DNA of 64,000 nucleotides. It comes from the human T2T-CHM13v2.0 reference genome, Homo sapiens. Below the pieces are notes generated by a model, which saw nothing but the letters and a program-made list of their open reading frames with translations, searched no databases and was not told the origin of the DNA. A program made the translations under genes and the position numbers. Shown here in pieces: positions 11,601 through 27,100 of this stretch (position 1 is its first letter; every line of letters starts with the position of its first letter). Location: assembly GCF_009914755.1 (NCBI RefSeq), contig NC_060933.1; one strand, 5' to 3'.

Positions 11601-14600
11601 GGAATGCAATGGAATGGAATCAACCCGAGTGCAATGGAATGGAGAGGAATGGAATGGAATGGAAACTACCCGAATGGAATGGAATGTAATGGAGTGTAAG
11701 GGAATTGAATAGAATCAATCCGAATGTAATGGAATGGAATGGAACGGAATGGAATGCAAAGGAATGGAATGGAATGGAATGGAATGCAATGGAATGGAAT
11801 CAACCCGAGTGCAATCGAATGGAATCGAATGGAATGGAATGCAATGGAATGGATTCAACTTGAATGGAATGGAAAGAATGGAATCAACACGAGTGGAATG
11901 GCATGGATTGGAATGGAATGGAATGGAATCAACCCGAGTACAGGGGAATGGAATGGAATGGAATGCAATGGAATGGAATCATCCGTAATGGAATGGAAAG
12001 GAATGGAATGGAATGGAATGGAATGGAATGGAATGGAATGGAATGGAATCAACTCGATTGCAATCGAATGGAATGGAATGGAATTAACCCGAATAGAATG
12101 GAATGGAATGGAATGGAACGGAATGAAACGGAATGGAATGGATTGGAATGGAATGGAATGGAATGGAATGGAATGGAATGGAATGGAACGGAAAGGAATG
12201 GAATGGAATGGAATGGAATGGAATGGAATGGAATGGAATCAACGCGAGTGCAGGGGAATGGAATGGAATGGAATGCAATGGAATGGAATCTTCGGGAATG
12301 GAATGGAATGGAATGGAATGGAATGGAATGGAATGGAATAAACCCGAGTGCAATGGAATGGAGTGGAATGGAATGGAATGGAATGGAACAACCCGAATGG
12401 AATGGAACGTAATGGAGAGTAAGGGAGTTGAATAGAATCAATCCGAATGTAATGGAATGGAATGGAACGGAATGGAATTGAATGGAATGGAATGGAATGC
12501 AATGGAATGGAATCAACCCGAGTTCAATGGAATGGAGAGGAATGTAATGGAATGGAATGGAAACTACCCGAATGGAATGGAATGTAATGGAGTGTAAGGG
12601 AATTGAATAGAATCAATCCGAATGTAATGTAATGGAATGGAATGGAATGGAATGGAATGGAATGGAATGCAATGGAATGGAATCAACCCGAGTGCAATCG
12701 AATGGAATCGAATGGAATGGAATGCAATGGAATGGATTCAACTTGAATGGAATGGAAAGAATGGAATCAACACGAGTGGAATGGCATGGATTGGAATGGA
12801 ATGGAATGGAATCAACCCGAGTACAGGGGAATGGAATGGAATGGAATGCAATGGAATGGAATCATCCGTAATGGAATGGAAAGGAATGGAATGGAATGGA
12901 ATGGAATGGAATCAACTCGAGTTCAATCGAATGGAATGGAATGGAATTAACACGAATAGAATGGAATGGAATGGAATGGAACGGAACGGAATGGAATGGA
13001 ATGGAATGGAATGGAATGGAATGGAACGGAATGGAAGGGAATGGAATGGAATAGAATGGAATGGAATGGAATCAACGCGAGTGCAGGGGAATGGAATGGA
13101 ATGGAATGCAATGGAATGGAATCTTCCGGAATGGAATGGAATGGAATGGAATGGAATGGAATGGAATGGAATGGAATGGAATAAACCCGAGTGCAATGGA
13201 ATGGAGTGGAATGGAATGGAATGGAATGGAACAACCCGAATGGAATGGAATGTAATGGAGAGTAAGGGAGTTGAATAGAATCAATCTGAATGTAATGGAA
13301 TGGAGTGGAAGGGAATGGAATTGAATGGAATGGAATCGAATGCAATGGAATGGAATCAACCCGAGTTCAATGGAATGGAGAGGAATGGAATGGAATGGAA
13401 TGGAAACTACCCGAATGGAATGGAATGTAATGGAGTGTAAGGGAATTGAATAGAATCAATCCGAATGTAATGTAATGGAATGGAACGGAATGGAATGGAA
13501 TGGAATGGAATGGAATGGAATGGAATGGAACGGAATGGAATGGAATGGAATGGAATGGATTGGAATGGAATGGAATGCAATGGAATGGAATCAACCCGAG
13601 TGCAATCGAATGGAATCGAATGGAAAAGAATGCAATGGAAAGGATTCAACTAGAATGGAATGGAAAGAATGGAATCAACACGAGTGGAATGGCATGGATT
13701 GGAATGGAATGGAATGGAATCAACCCGAGTACAGGGGAATGGAATGGAATGGAATGCAATGGAATGGAATCATCCGTAATGGATTGGAAAGGAATGGAAT
13801 GGAATGGAATGGAATGGAATCAACTCGATTGCAATCGAATGGAATGGAATGGAATCAAGCCGAGTACAGGGGAATGGAATGGAATGGAATGCAATGGAAT
13901 GGAATCATCCGTAATGGAATGGAAAGGAATGGAATGGAATGGAATGGAATGGAATGGAATGGAATGGAATGGAATGGAATCAACTCGATTGCAATCGAAT
14001 GGAATGGAATGGAATTAACCCGAATAGAATGGAATGGAATGGAATGGAACGGAACGGAATGGAATGGAATGGAATGGAATGGAATGGAACGGAACGGAAT
14101 GCAATGGAATGGAATGGAATGCAATCAACGCGAGTGCAGGGGAATGGAATGGAATGGAATGCAATGGAATGGAATCTTCCGGAATGGAATGGAATGGAAT
14201 GGAATGGAATGGAATCAATTCGATTGCAATCGAATGGAATGGAATGGAATTAACCCGAATAGAATGGAATGGAATGGAATGGATCGGAATGTAATGGAAT
14301 GGAATGCAATGGAACGGAACGGAACGGAATGGAATGGAATGGAATGGAATGGAATGGAATCAACGCGAGTGCAGGGGAATGGAATGGAATGGAATGCAAT
14401 GGAATGGAATCTTCCGGAATGGAATGGAATGGAATGGAATGGAATGAAATGCAATGGGTTCAACTCGATTGCATTGGAATGGAATATAATGGAATGGAAT
14501 GGAATGGAATGGAATTAATTCGAATAGAATGGAATGGAATGGAATGGAATGGAACGGAATGGAATGGAATGGAATGGAATGGTATGGAATGGAATGGAAT

Positions 14601-17600
14601 GGTACGGAATAGAATGGAATGGAACGAAATGGAATGGAATGGAATGGAATGGAATGGAATGGAATCGTTCCGAGTGGAATAGGATGGAATGTATTCGAGT
14701 GGAATGGAAAGGAATGGAATCAACCAGAGTGGAATGGGAGGGAATGGAATGGAATGGAAACTAATAGAATGGAATCAACCCGAGAGGAATGGAATGGAAA
14801 GGACTGGAATGGAATGGAATGGAATGGAATCAACTCGATTGTAATGGAATGGAATGGAATGGAATGGAATGGAATGGAATGGAATTAACCCGAATACAAT
14901 GCAATGGAATGGAATGGAACGGAATGGAGTGGAATGGAATGGAATCAACCCGAGTGCAGGGGGATGGAATGGAATGGAATGCAATGGAATGGAATCATCC
15001 GGAATGGAATGGAATGGAATGGAATGCAAAGCAATGGAATCAACTCGATTGCAATGGAATGGAATGGAATGGAACGGAACGGAATGGAATGGATTGGAAT
15101 GGAATGGAATGGAATGGAATGGAACGGAAAGGAATGGAATGGAATGGAATGGAATGCAAAGCAATGGAATCAACTCGATTGCAATGGAATGGAATGCAAT
15201 GGAACGGAACGGAATGGAATGGATTGGAATGGAATGGAATGGAATGGAATGGAAGGGAAAGGAATGGAATGGAATGGAATGGAATGGAATGGAATGGAAT
15301 CAACGCGAGTGCAGGGGAATGGAATGGAATGGAATGGAATGGAACGGAATGGAATGGAATGCAATGGAATGGAATCTTCCGGAATGGAATGGAATGGAAT
15401 GGAATGGAATGGAATGGAATAAACCCGAGTGCAATGGAATGGAGTGGAATGGAATGGAATGGAATGGAACAACCCGAATGGAATGGAATGTAATGGAGAG
15501 TAAGGGAGTTGAATAGCATCAATCCGAATGTAATGGAATGGAATGGAACGGAATGGAATTGAATGGAATGGAATGGAATGTAATGGAATGGAATCAACCC
15601 GAATGCAATGGAATGGAGAGGAATGGAATGGAATGGAATGGAAACTACCCGAATGGAATGGAATGTAATGGAGTGTAAGGGAATTGAATAGAATCAATCC
15701 AAATGTAATGGAATGGAATGGAACGGAATGGAATGGAATGGAATGGAATGGAATGGAATGGAATGCAATGGAATGGAATCAACCCGAGTGCAATCGAATG
15801 GAATCGAATGGAATGGAATGCAATGGAATGGATTCAACTTGAATGGAATGGAAAGAATGGAATCAACACGAGTGGAAGGGCATGGATTGGAATGCAATGG
15901 AATGGAATCAACCCGAGTACAGGGGAATGGAATGGAATGGAATGCAATGGAATGGAATCATCCGTAATGGAATGGAAAGGAATGGAATGGAATGGAATGG
16001 ATTGGAATCAACTCGATTGCAATTGAATGGAATGGAATGGAATTAACCCGAATAGAATGGAATGGAATGGAATGGAACGGAACGGAATGGAATGGAATGG
16101 AATGGAATGGAATGGAATGGAATGGAACGGAAAGGAAGGGAATGGAATGGAATAGAATGGAATGGAATGGAATCAACGCGAGTGCAGGGGAATGGAATGC
16201 AATGGAATGCAATGGAATGGAATCTTCCGGAATGGAATGGAATGGAATGGAATGGAATGGAATCAACCCGAGTGCAATGGAATGGAGTGGAATGGAATGG
16301 AATGGAATGGAACAACCCGAATGGAATGGAATGTAATGGAGAGTAAGGGAGTTGAATAGAATCAATCCGAATGTAATGGAATGGAATGGAACGGAATGGA
16401 ATTGAATGGAATGGAATGGAATGGAATGGAATGGAATCAACTCGATTGCAATGGAATGGAATAGAATGGAAAGGAGTACATTGGAATCAAGCCCAGTGGA
16501 ATGGAATGGAAAGGACTGGAATGGAGTGGAATGGAATGGAATGGAATGGAATGGAATGGAATGGAATGGAATCAACCCGATTGGAATGGAATTGAATGGA
16601 ATGGAATGGAATGGAATTAACCCGAATAGAATGGAGTGGAATGGAATGGAACGGAACGGAATGGAATGGAATGGAATGGAATGGAATGGAATGGAATCAC
16701 CCCGACTGTAGGGGAATGGAATGGAATGGAAGGCAATGGAATGGATTCAACTTGAATGGAATGGAAAGAATGGAATCAACACGAGTGGAATGGCATGGAT
16801 TGGAATGGAATGGAATGGAATCAACCCGAGTACAGGGGAATGGAATGGAATGGAATGCAATGGAATGGAATCATCCGTAATGGAATGGAAAGGAATGGAA
16901 TGGAATGGAATGTAATGGAATCAACTCGATTGCAATCGAATGGAATGGAGTGGAATTAACCCGAATAGAATGGAATGGAATGGAATGGAACGGAACGGAA
17001 CGGAACGGAACGGAACCGAGTGGAATGGAATGGAATGGAATTGTATGGAATGGAATGGCATGGTACGGAATAGAATGGAATGGAATGAATTGGAATGGAA
17101 TGGAATCGAATGGAATGGAATGGAATGGAATGGAATCAACCCGAGTGCAGGGGAATGTAATGGAATGGAATGCAATGGAATGGAATCATCCGGAATTGAA
17201 TGGAATGGAATGGAATGGAATGGAATGGAATGGAATGGAATGGAATCAACCCGAGTGCAATGGAATGGAGTGGAATGGAATGGAATGGAATGGAACAACC
17301 CGAATGGAATGGAATGTAATGGAGAGTAAAGGAGTTGAATAGAATCAATCCGAATGTAATGGAATGGAACGATATGGAATGGAATGGAATGGAATGGAAT
17401 TTAATGGAATGGAATGCAATGGAATGGAATCAACCCGAGTACAATGGAACGGAATGGAATGGAATGGAATGGAATGGAATGGAATGGAATGGACTGGAAT
17501 CAACCCGAGTGCAATGGAATGGAGAGGAATGGAATGGAATGGAATGGAAACTACCCGAATGGAGTGGAATGTAATGGAGTGTAAGGGAATTCAATAGAAT

Positions 17601-18189
17601 CAATCCGAATGGAATGGAATGGAATGGAACGGAATGTAATGGAATGGAATGGAATGAAATCAACCCAAGTGCAGGGGAATGGAATGGAATGGAATGCAAT
17701 GGAATGGAATCATCCGGAATGGAATGGAATGGAATGCAATGGAATGGAATGGAATGCAATGGAATGGAATGGAATGGAATCAACCCGAGTGCAATGGAAT
17801 GGAGTGAAATGGAATGGAATGGAATGGAAACAACCAGAATGGATTGGAATATAATGGAGTGTAAGGGAATTGAATAGAATAAATCTGAATGTAATGAAAT
17901 GTAATGGAACGGAATGGAATGGAATGGAATGGAATGGAATGGAATGGAACAACCCGAATGGAATGGAATGTAATGGAGAGTAAGGGAGTTGAATAGAATC
18001 AATCCGAATGTAATGGAATGGAATGGAAAGGAATGGAATTGAATGGAATGGAATGGAATGCAATGGAATGGAATCCACCCGAGTGCAATGGAATGGAGAG
18101 GAATGGAATGGAATGGAATGGAAACTACCCGAATGCAATGGAATGTAATGGAGTGTAAGGGAATTGAATAGAATCAATCCGAATGTAAT

Positions 18190-21100
18190 GGAATGGAATG
18201 GAATGGAATGGAATGGAATGGAATGCAATGGAATGGAATGCAATGGAATGGAATCAACCCGAGTGCAATCGAATGGAATCGAATGGAATGGAATACAATG
18301 GAATGGATTCAACTTGAATGGAATGGAAAGAATGGAATCAACACGAGTGGAAAGGCATCGATTGGAATGGAATGGAATGGAATCAACCCGAGTACAGGGG
18401 AATGGAATGGAATGGAATGCAATGGAATGGAATCATCCGTAATGGAATGGAAAGGAATGGAATGGAATGGAATGGAATGGAATGGAATGGAATGGAATCA
18501 ACTCGATTGCAATCGAATGGAATGGAATGGAATTAACCCGAATAGAATGGAATGGAATGGAATGGAACGGAACGGAATGGAATGGAATGGAATGGAATGG
18601 AATGGAACGGTACGGAATGGAATGGAATGGAATGGAATGCAATCAACGCGAGTGCAGGGGAATGGAATGGAATGGAATGCAATGGAATGGAATCTTCCGG
18701 AATGGAATGGAATGCAATGGAATGGAATGGAATGGAATGGAATCAATTCGATTGCAATCGAATGGAATGGAATGGAATTAACCCGAATAGAATGGAATGG
18801 AATGGAATGGATCGGAACGTAATGGAATGGAATGGAATGGAACGGAACGGAACGGAATGGAATGGAATGGAATGGAATGGAATGGAATCAACGCGAGTGC
18901 AGGGGAATGGAATGGAATGGAATGCAATGGAATGGAATCTTCCGGAATGGAATGGAATGGAATGGAATGGAATGAAATGCAATGGGTTCAACTCGATTGC
19001 AATGGAATGGAATATAATGGAATGGAATGGAATGGAATGGAATTAATTCGAATAGAATGGAATGGAATGGAATGGAATGGAGAGGAATGGAATGGAATGG
19101 AATGGAATGGTATGGAATGGAATGGAAAGGTACGGAATAGAATGGAATGGAACGAATTGTAATGGAATGGAATTGAATGGAATGGAATGGAATGGAATGG
19201 AATCAACGCGAGTGCAGGGGAATGTAATGGAACGGAATGCAATGGAATGGAATCATCCGCAATGGAATGGAATGGAATGGAATGGAATGGAATCAACCCG
19301 AGCGCAATGGAATGGAGTGGAAAGGAATGGAATGGAATGGAACAACCCGAATGGAATGCAATGTAATGGAGAGTAAGGGAGTTGAAGAGAATCAATCCGA
19401 ATGTAATGGAATGGAATGCAACGGAATGGAATGGAATGGAATGGAATGGAATGCAATGGAATGGAATCAACCCGAGTACAATGGAATGGAATGGAATGGA
19501 ATGGAATGGAAGGAAATGGAATGGAATGGAATGCTACGGAATAGAATGGAATGGAACGAAATGGAATGGAATGGAATGGAATGGAATGGAATGGAATCGT
19601 TCCGAGTGGAATAGGAGGGAATGTAATCGACTGGAATGGAAAGGAATGGAATCAACCAGAGTGGAATGGGAGGGAATGGAATGGAATGGAAACTAATAGA
19701 ATGGAATCAACCCGAGAGGAATGGAATGGAAAGGACTGGAATGGAATGGAATGGAATGGAATCAACTCGATTGTAATGGAATGGAATGGAATGGAATGGA
19801 ATGGAATGGAATGGAATTAACCCGAATACAATGCAATGGAATGGAATGGAACGGAATGGAGTGGAATGGAATGGAATCAACCCGAGTGCAGGGGTATGGA
19901 ATGGAATGGAATGCAATGGAATGGAATCATCCGGAATGGAATGGAATGGAATGGAATGCAAAGCAATGGAATCAACTCCATTGCAATGGAATGGAATGGA
20001 ATGGAAAGGAATACATTGGAATCAACCCGAGTGGAATGGAATGGAAAGGACTGGAATGGAGTGGAAAGGAATGGAATGGAATGGAATGGAATCAACTCGA
20101 TTGGAATGGAATGGAATGGAATGGAAAGGAATGGAATGGAATGGAATGGAATTAACCCGAATAGAATGGAATGGAATGGAATGGAACGGAACGGAACGGA
20201 ATGGAATGGAATGGAATGGAATGGAATGGAATGGAAACAACCCGACTGCAGGGGAATGGAATGGAATGGAATGCAATGGAATGGATTCAACTTGAATGGA
20301 ATGGAAAGAATGGAATCAACACGAGTGGAATGGCATGGATTGGAATGGAATGGAATGGAATCAACCCGAGTACAGGGGAATGGAATGGAATGGAATGCAA
20401 TGGAATGGAATCATCCGTAATGGAATGGAAAGGAATGGAATGGAATGGAATGGAACGGAATGGAATGGAATCAACTCGATTGCAATCGAATGGAATGGAA
20501 TGGAATTAACCCGAATAGAATGGAATGGAATGGAATGGAATGGAACGGAACGGAATGGAATGGATTGGAATGGAATGGAATGGAATGCAATGGAACGGAA
20601 AGGAGTGGAATGGAATGGAATGGAATGGAATGGAATGGAATGGAATGGAATGGAATCAACGCGAGTGCAGGGGAATGGAATGGAATGGAATGGAATGGAA
20701 TGGAACGGAATGGAATGGAATGCAATGGAATGGAATCTTCCGGAATGGAATGGAATGGAATGGAATGGAATGGAATGGAATGGAATAAACCCGAGTGAAA
20801 TGGAATGGAGTGGAATGGAATGGAATGGAATGGAACAACCCGAATGGAATGGAATGTAATGGAGAGTAAGGGAGTTGAATAGAATCAATCCGAATGTAAT
20901 GGAATGGAATGGAACGGAATGGAATTGAATGGAATGGAATGGAATGCAATGGAATGGAATCAACCCGAGTGCAATGGAATGGAGAGGAATGGAATGGAAT
21001 GGAATGGAAACTACCCGAATGGAATGGAATGTAATGGAGTGTAAGGGAATTGAATAGAATCAATCCGAATGTAATGGAATGGAACGGAATGGAATGGAAT

Positions 21101-24100
21101 GGAATGGAATGGAATGGAATGGAATGGAATGCAATGGAATGGAATCAACCCGAGTGCAATCGAATGGAATCGAATGGAATGGAATGCAATGGAATGGATT
21201 CAACTTGAATGGAATGGAAAGAATGGAATCAACACGAGTGGAAGGGCATGGATTGGAATGCAATGGAATGGAATCAACCCGAGTACAGGGGAATGGAATG
21301 GAATGGAATGCAATGGAATGGAATCATCCGTAATGGAATGGAAAGGAATGGAATGGAATGGAATGGAATGGAATGGAATGGAATCAACTCGATTGCATTC
21401 GAATGGAATGGAATGGAATTAACCCGAATAGAATGGAATGGAATGGAATGGAATGGAACGGAACGCAATGGAATGGAATGGAATGGAATGGAGAGGAACG
21501 GAAAGGAAGGGAATGGAATGGAATGGAATGGAATGGAATCAACGCGAGTGCAGGGGAATGGAATAGAATGGAATGCAATGGAATGGAATCTTCCGGAATG
21601 GAATGGAATGGAATGGAATGGAATCAACCCGAGTGCAATGGAATGGAGTGTAATGGAATGGAATGGAATGGAACAAGCCGAATGGAATGGAATGTAATGG
21701 AGAGTAAGGGAGTTGAATAGAATCAATCCGAATGTAATGGAATGGAATGGAACGGAATGGAATTGAATGGAATGGAATGGAATGCAATGGAATGGAATCA
21801 ACCCGAGTGCAATGGAATGGAGAGGAATGGAATGAAATGGAATGGAAACTACCCGAATGGAATGGAATGTAATGGAGTGTAAGGGAATTGAATAGAATCA
21901 ATCCGAATGTAATGGAATGGAATGGAACGGAATGGAATGGAATGGAATGGAATGGAATGGAATGCAATGGAATGGAATCAACCCGAGTGCAATCAAATGG
22001 AATCGAATGGAATGGAATGCAATGGAATGGATTCAACTTCAATGGAATGGAAAGAATGGAATCAACACGAGTGGAATGGCATGGATTGGAATGGAATGGA
22101 ATGGAATCAACCCGAGTACAGGGGAATGGAATGGAATGGAATGCAATGGAATGGAATCATCCGTAATATAATGGAAAGGAATGGAATGGAATGGAATGGA
22201 ATGGAATGGAATGGAATGGAATCAACTCGATTGCAATTGAATGGAATGGAATGGAATTAACCCGAATAGAATGGAATGGAATGGAATGGAACGGAACGGA
22301 ATGTAATGGAATGGAATGGAATGGAATGGAATGGAATGGAACGGAAAGGAAGGGAATGGAATGGAATAGAATGGAATGGAATGGAATCAACGCGAGTGCA
22401 GGGGAATGGAATGGAATGGAATGCAATGGAATGGAATCTTCCGGAATGGAATGGAATGGAATGGAATGGAATGGAATCAACCCTAGTGCAATGGAATGGA
22501 GTGGAATGGAATGGAATGGAATGGAACAACCCGAATGGAATGGAATGTAATGGAGAGTAAGGGAGTTGAATAGAATCAATCCGAATGTAATGGAATGGAA
22601 TGGAACGGAATGGAATTGAATGGAATGGAATGGAATGGAATGGAATGGAATCAACTCGATTGCAATGGAATGGAATAGAATGGAAAGGAGTACATTGGAA
22701 TCAAGCCGAGTGGAATGGAATGGAAAGGACTGGAATGGAGTGGAATGGAATGGAATGGAATGGAATGGAATCAACTCGATTGGAATGGAATGGAATGGAA
22801 TGGAATGGAATCAACGTGAGTGCAGGGGAATGGAATGGAATGGAATGCAATGCAATGGAATTTTCCGGAATGGAATGGAATGGAATGGAATGGAATGGAA
22901 TGGAATGGAATGGAATGGAATCAACCCGAGTGCAATGGAATGGAGTGGAATGGAATGGAATGGAATGGAACAACCCGAATGGAATGGAATGGAGAGTAAA
23001 GGAGTTGAATAGAATCAATCCGAACATAATGGAATGGAATAGAACGGAATGGAATTGAATGGAATGGAATGGAATGCATTGGAATGGAATCAACCCGAGT
23101 GCAATGGAAAGGAGAGGAATGGAATGGAATGGAATGGAAACTACCGGAATGGAATGGAATGTAACGGAGTGTAAGGGAATTGAATAGAATCAATCCGAAT
23201 GTAACGGAATGGAATGGAACGGAATGGAATGGAATGGAATGGAATGGAATGGAATCAACCAGAGTGCAATCGAATGGAATCGAATGGAATGGAATGCAAT
23301 GGAATGGATTCAACTTGAATGGAATGGAAAGAATGGAATCAACACGAGTGGAAAGGCATCGATTGGAATGGAATGGAATGGAATCAACCCGAGTACAGGG
23401 GAATGGAATGGAATGGAATGCAATGGAAAGGAATCATCCGTAATGGAATGGAAAGGAATGGAATGGAATGGAATGGAATGGAATGGAATCAACTCGATTG
23501 CAATCGAATGGAATGGAATGGAATTAACCCAAATAGAATGGAATGGAATGGAATGGAACGGAACGGAATGGAATGGAATGGAATGGAATGGAATGGAATG
23601 GAACGGAATGGAATGGAATGGAATGGAATGCAATCAACGCGAGTGCAGGGGAATGGAATGGAATGGAATGCAATGGAATGGAATCTTCCGGAATGGAATG
23701 GAATGGAATGGAATGGAATGGAATGGAATGGAATCAATTCGATTGCAATCGAATGGAATGGAATGGAATTAACCCGAATAGAATGGAATGGAATGGAATG
23801 GATCGGAACGTAATGGAATGGAATGGAATGCAACGGAACGGAACGGAATGGAATGGAATTTAATGGAATGGAATGGAATCAACGCGAGTGCAGGGGAATG
23901 GAATGGAATGGAATGCAATGGAATGGAATCTTCCGAAATGGAATGGAATGGAATGTAATGGAATGAAATGCAATGGGTTCAACTCGATTGCAATGGAATG
24001 GAATATAATGGAATGGAATGGAATGGAATGGAATTAATTCGAATAGAATGGAATGGAACGGAATGGAATGGAGAGGAATGGAATGGAATGGAATGGAATG

Positions 24101-27100
24101 GAATGGTATGGAATGGAAAGGTACGGAATAGAATGGAATGGAACGAATTGTAATGGAATGGAATTGAATGGAATGGAATGGAATGGAATGGAATCAACGC
24201 GAGTGCAGGGGAATGTAATGGAACGGAATGCAATGGAATGGAATCATCCGCAATGGAATGGAATGGAATGGAATGGAATGGAATCAACCCGAGTGCAATG
24301 GAATGGAGTGGAAAGGAATGGAATGGAATGGAACAACCCGAATGGAATGCAATGTAATGGAGAGTAAGGGAGTTGAAGAGAATCAATCCGAATGTAATGG
24401 AATGGAATGCAACGGAATGGAATGGAATGGAATGGAATGGAATGCAATGGAATGGAATCAACCCGAGTACAATGGAATGGAATGGAATGGAATGGAATGG
24501 AAGGAAATGGAATGGAATGGAATGCTACGGAATAGAATGGAATGGAACGAAATGGAATGGAATGGAATGGAATGGAATGGAATGGAATCGTTCCGAGTGG
24601 AATAGGAGGGAATGTAATCGACTGGAATGGAAAGGAATGGAATCAACCAGAGTGGAATGGGAGGGAATGGAATGGAATGGAAACTAATAGAATGGAATCA
24701 ACCCGAGAGGAATGGAATGGAAAGGACTGGAATGGAATGGAATGGAATGGAATCAACTCGATTGTAATGGAATGGAATCGAATGGAATGGAATGGAATGG
24801 AATGGAATTAACCCGAATACAATGCAATGGAATGGAATGGAACGGAATGGAGTGGAATGGAATGGAATCAACCCGAGTGCAGGGGTATGGAATGGAATGG
24901 AATGCAATGGAATGGAATCATCCGGAATGGAATGGAATGGAATGGAATGCAAAGCAATGGAATCAACTCCATTGCAATGGAATGGAATGGAATGGAAAGG
25001 AATACATTGGAATCAACCCGAGTGGAATGGAATGGAAAGGACTGGAATGGAGTGGAATGGAATGGAATGGAATGGAATGGAATCAACTCGATTGGAATGG
25101 AATGGAATGGAATGGAATGGAATGGAATGGAATTAACCCGAATAGAATGGAATGGAATGGAATGGAACGGAACGGAACGGAATGGAATGGAATGGAATGG
25201 AATGGAATGGAATGGAAACAACCCGACTGCAGGGGAATGGAATGGAATGGAATGCAATGGAATGGATTCAACTTGAATGGAATGGAAAGAATGGAATCAA
25301 CACGAGTGGAATGGCATGGATTGGAATGGAATGGAATGGAATCAACCCGAGTACAGGGGAATGGAATGGAATGGAATGCAATGGAATGGAATCATCCGTA
25401 ATGGAATAGAAAGGAATGGAATGGAATGGAATGGAACGGAATGGAATGGAATCAACTCGATTGCAATCGAATGGAATGGAATGGAATTAACCCGAATAGA
25501 ATGGAATGGAATGGAATGGAATGGAACGGAACGGAATGGAATGGATTGGAATGGAATGGAATGGAATGGAATGGAACGGAAAGGAATGGAATGGAATGGA
25601 ATGGAATGGAATGGAATGGAATGGAATCAACGCGAGTGCAGGGGAATGGAATGGAATGGAATGGAATGGAATGGAACGGAATGGAATGGAATGCAATGGA
25701 ATGGAATCTTCCGGAATGGAATGGAATGGAATGGAATGGAATGGAATGGAATGGAATGGAATAAACCCGAGTGAAATGGAATGGAGTGGAATGGAATGGA
25801 ATGGAATGGAACAACCCGAATGGAATGGAATCTAATGGAGAGTAAGGGAGTTGAATAGAATCAATCCGAATGTAATGGAATGGAATGGAACGGAATGGAA
25901 TTGAATGGAATGGAATGGAATGCAATGGAATGGAATCAACCCGAGTGCAATGGAATGGAGAGGAATGGAATGGAATGGAATGGAAACTACCCGAATGGAA
26001 TGGAATGTAATGGAGTGTAAGGGAATTGAATAGAATCAATCCGAATGTAATGGAATGGAACGGAATGGAATGGAATGGAATGGAATGGAATGGAATGGAA
26101 TGGAATGCAATGGAATGGAATCAACCCGAGTACAATCGAATGGAATCGAATGGAATGGAATGCAATGGAATGGATTCAACTTGAATGGAATGGAAAGAAT
26201 GGAATCAACACGAGTGGAAGGGCATGGATTGGAATGCAATGGAATGGAATCAACCCGAGTACAGGGGAATGGAATGGAATGGAATGCAATGGAATGGAAT
26301 CATCCGTAATGGAATGGAAAGGAATGGAATGGAATGGAATGGAATGGAATGGAATGGAATGGAATCAACTCGATTGCATTCGAATGGAATGGAATGGAAT
26401 TAACCCGAATAGAATGGAATGGAATGGAATGGAATGGAACGGAACGCAATGGAATGGAATGGAATGGAATGGAGAGGAACGGAAAGGAAGGGAATGGAAT
26501 GGAATGGAATGGAATGGAATCAACGCGAGTGCAGGGGAATGGAATAGAATGGAATGCAATGGAATGGAATCTTCCGGAATGGAATGGAATGGAATGGAAT
26601 GGAATCAACCCGAGTGCAATGGAATGGAGTGTAATGGAATGGAATGGAATGGAACAAGCCGAATGGAATGGAATATAATGGAGAGTAAGGGAGTTGAATA
26701 GAATCAATCCGAATGTAATGGAATGGAATGGAACGGAATGGAATTGAATGGAATGGAATGGAATGCAATGGAATGGAATCAACCCGAGTGCAATGGAATG
26801 GAGAGGAATGGAATGAAATGGAATGGAAACTACCCGAATGGAATGGAATGTAATGGAGTGTAAGGGAATTGAATAGAATCAATCCGAATGTAATGGAATG
26901 GAATGGAATGGAATGGAATGGAATGGAATGGAATGCAATGGAATGGAATCAACCTGAGTGCAATCGAATGGAATCGAATGGAATGGAATGCAATGGAATG
27001 GATTCAACTTGAATGGAATGGAAAGAATGGAATCACCACGAGTGGAATGGCATGGATTGGAATGGAATGGAAAGAAATCAACCCGAGTACAGAGGAATGG

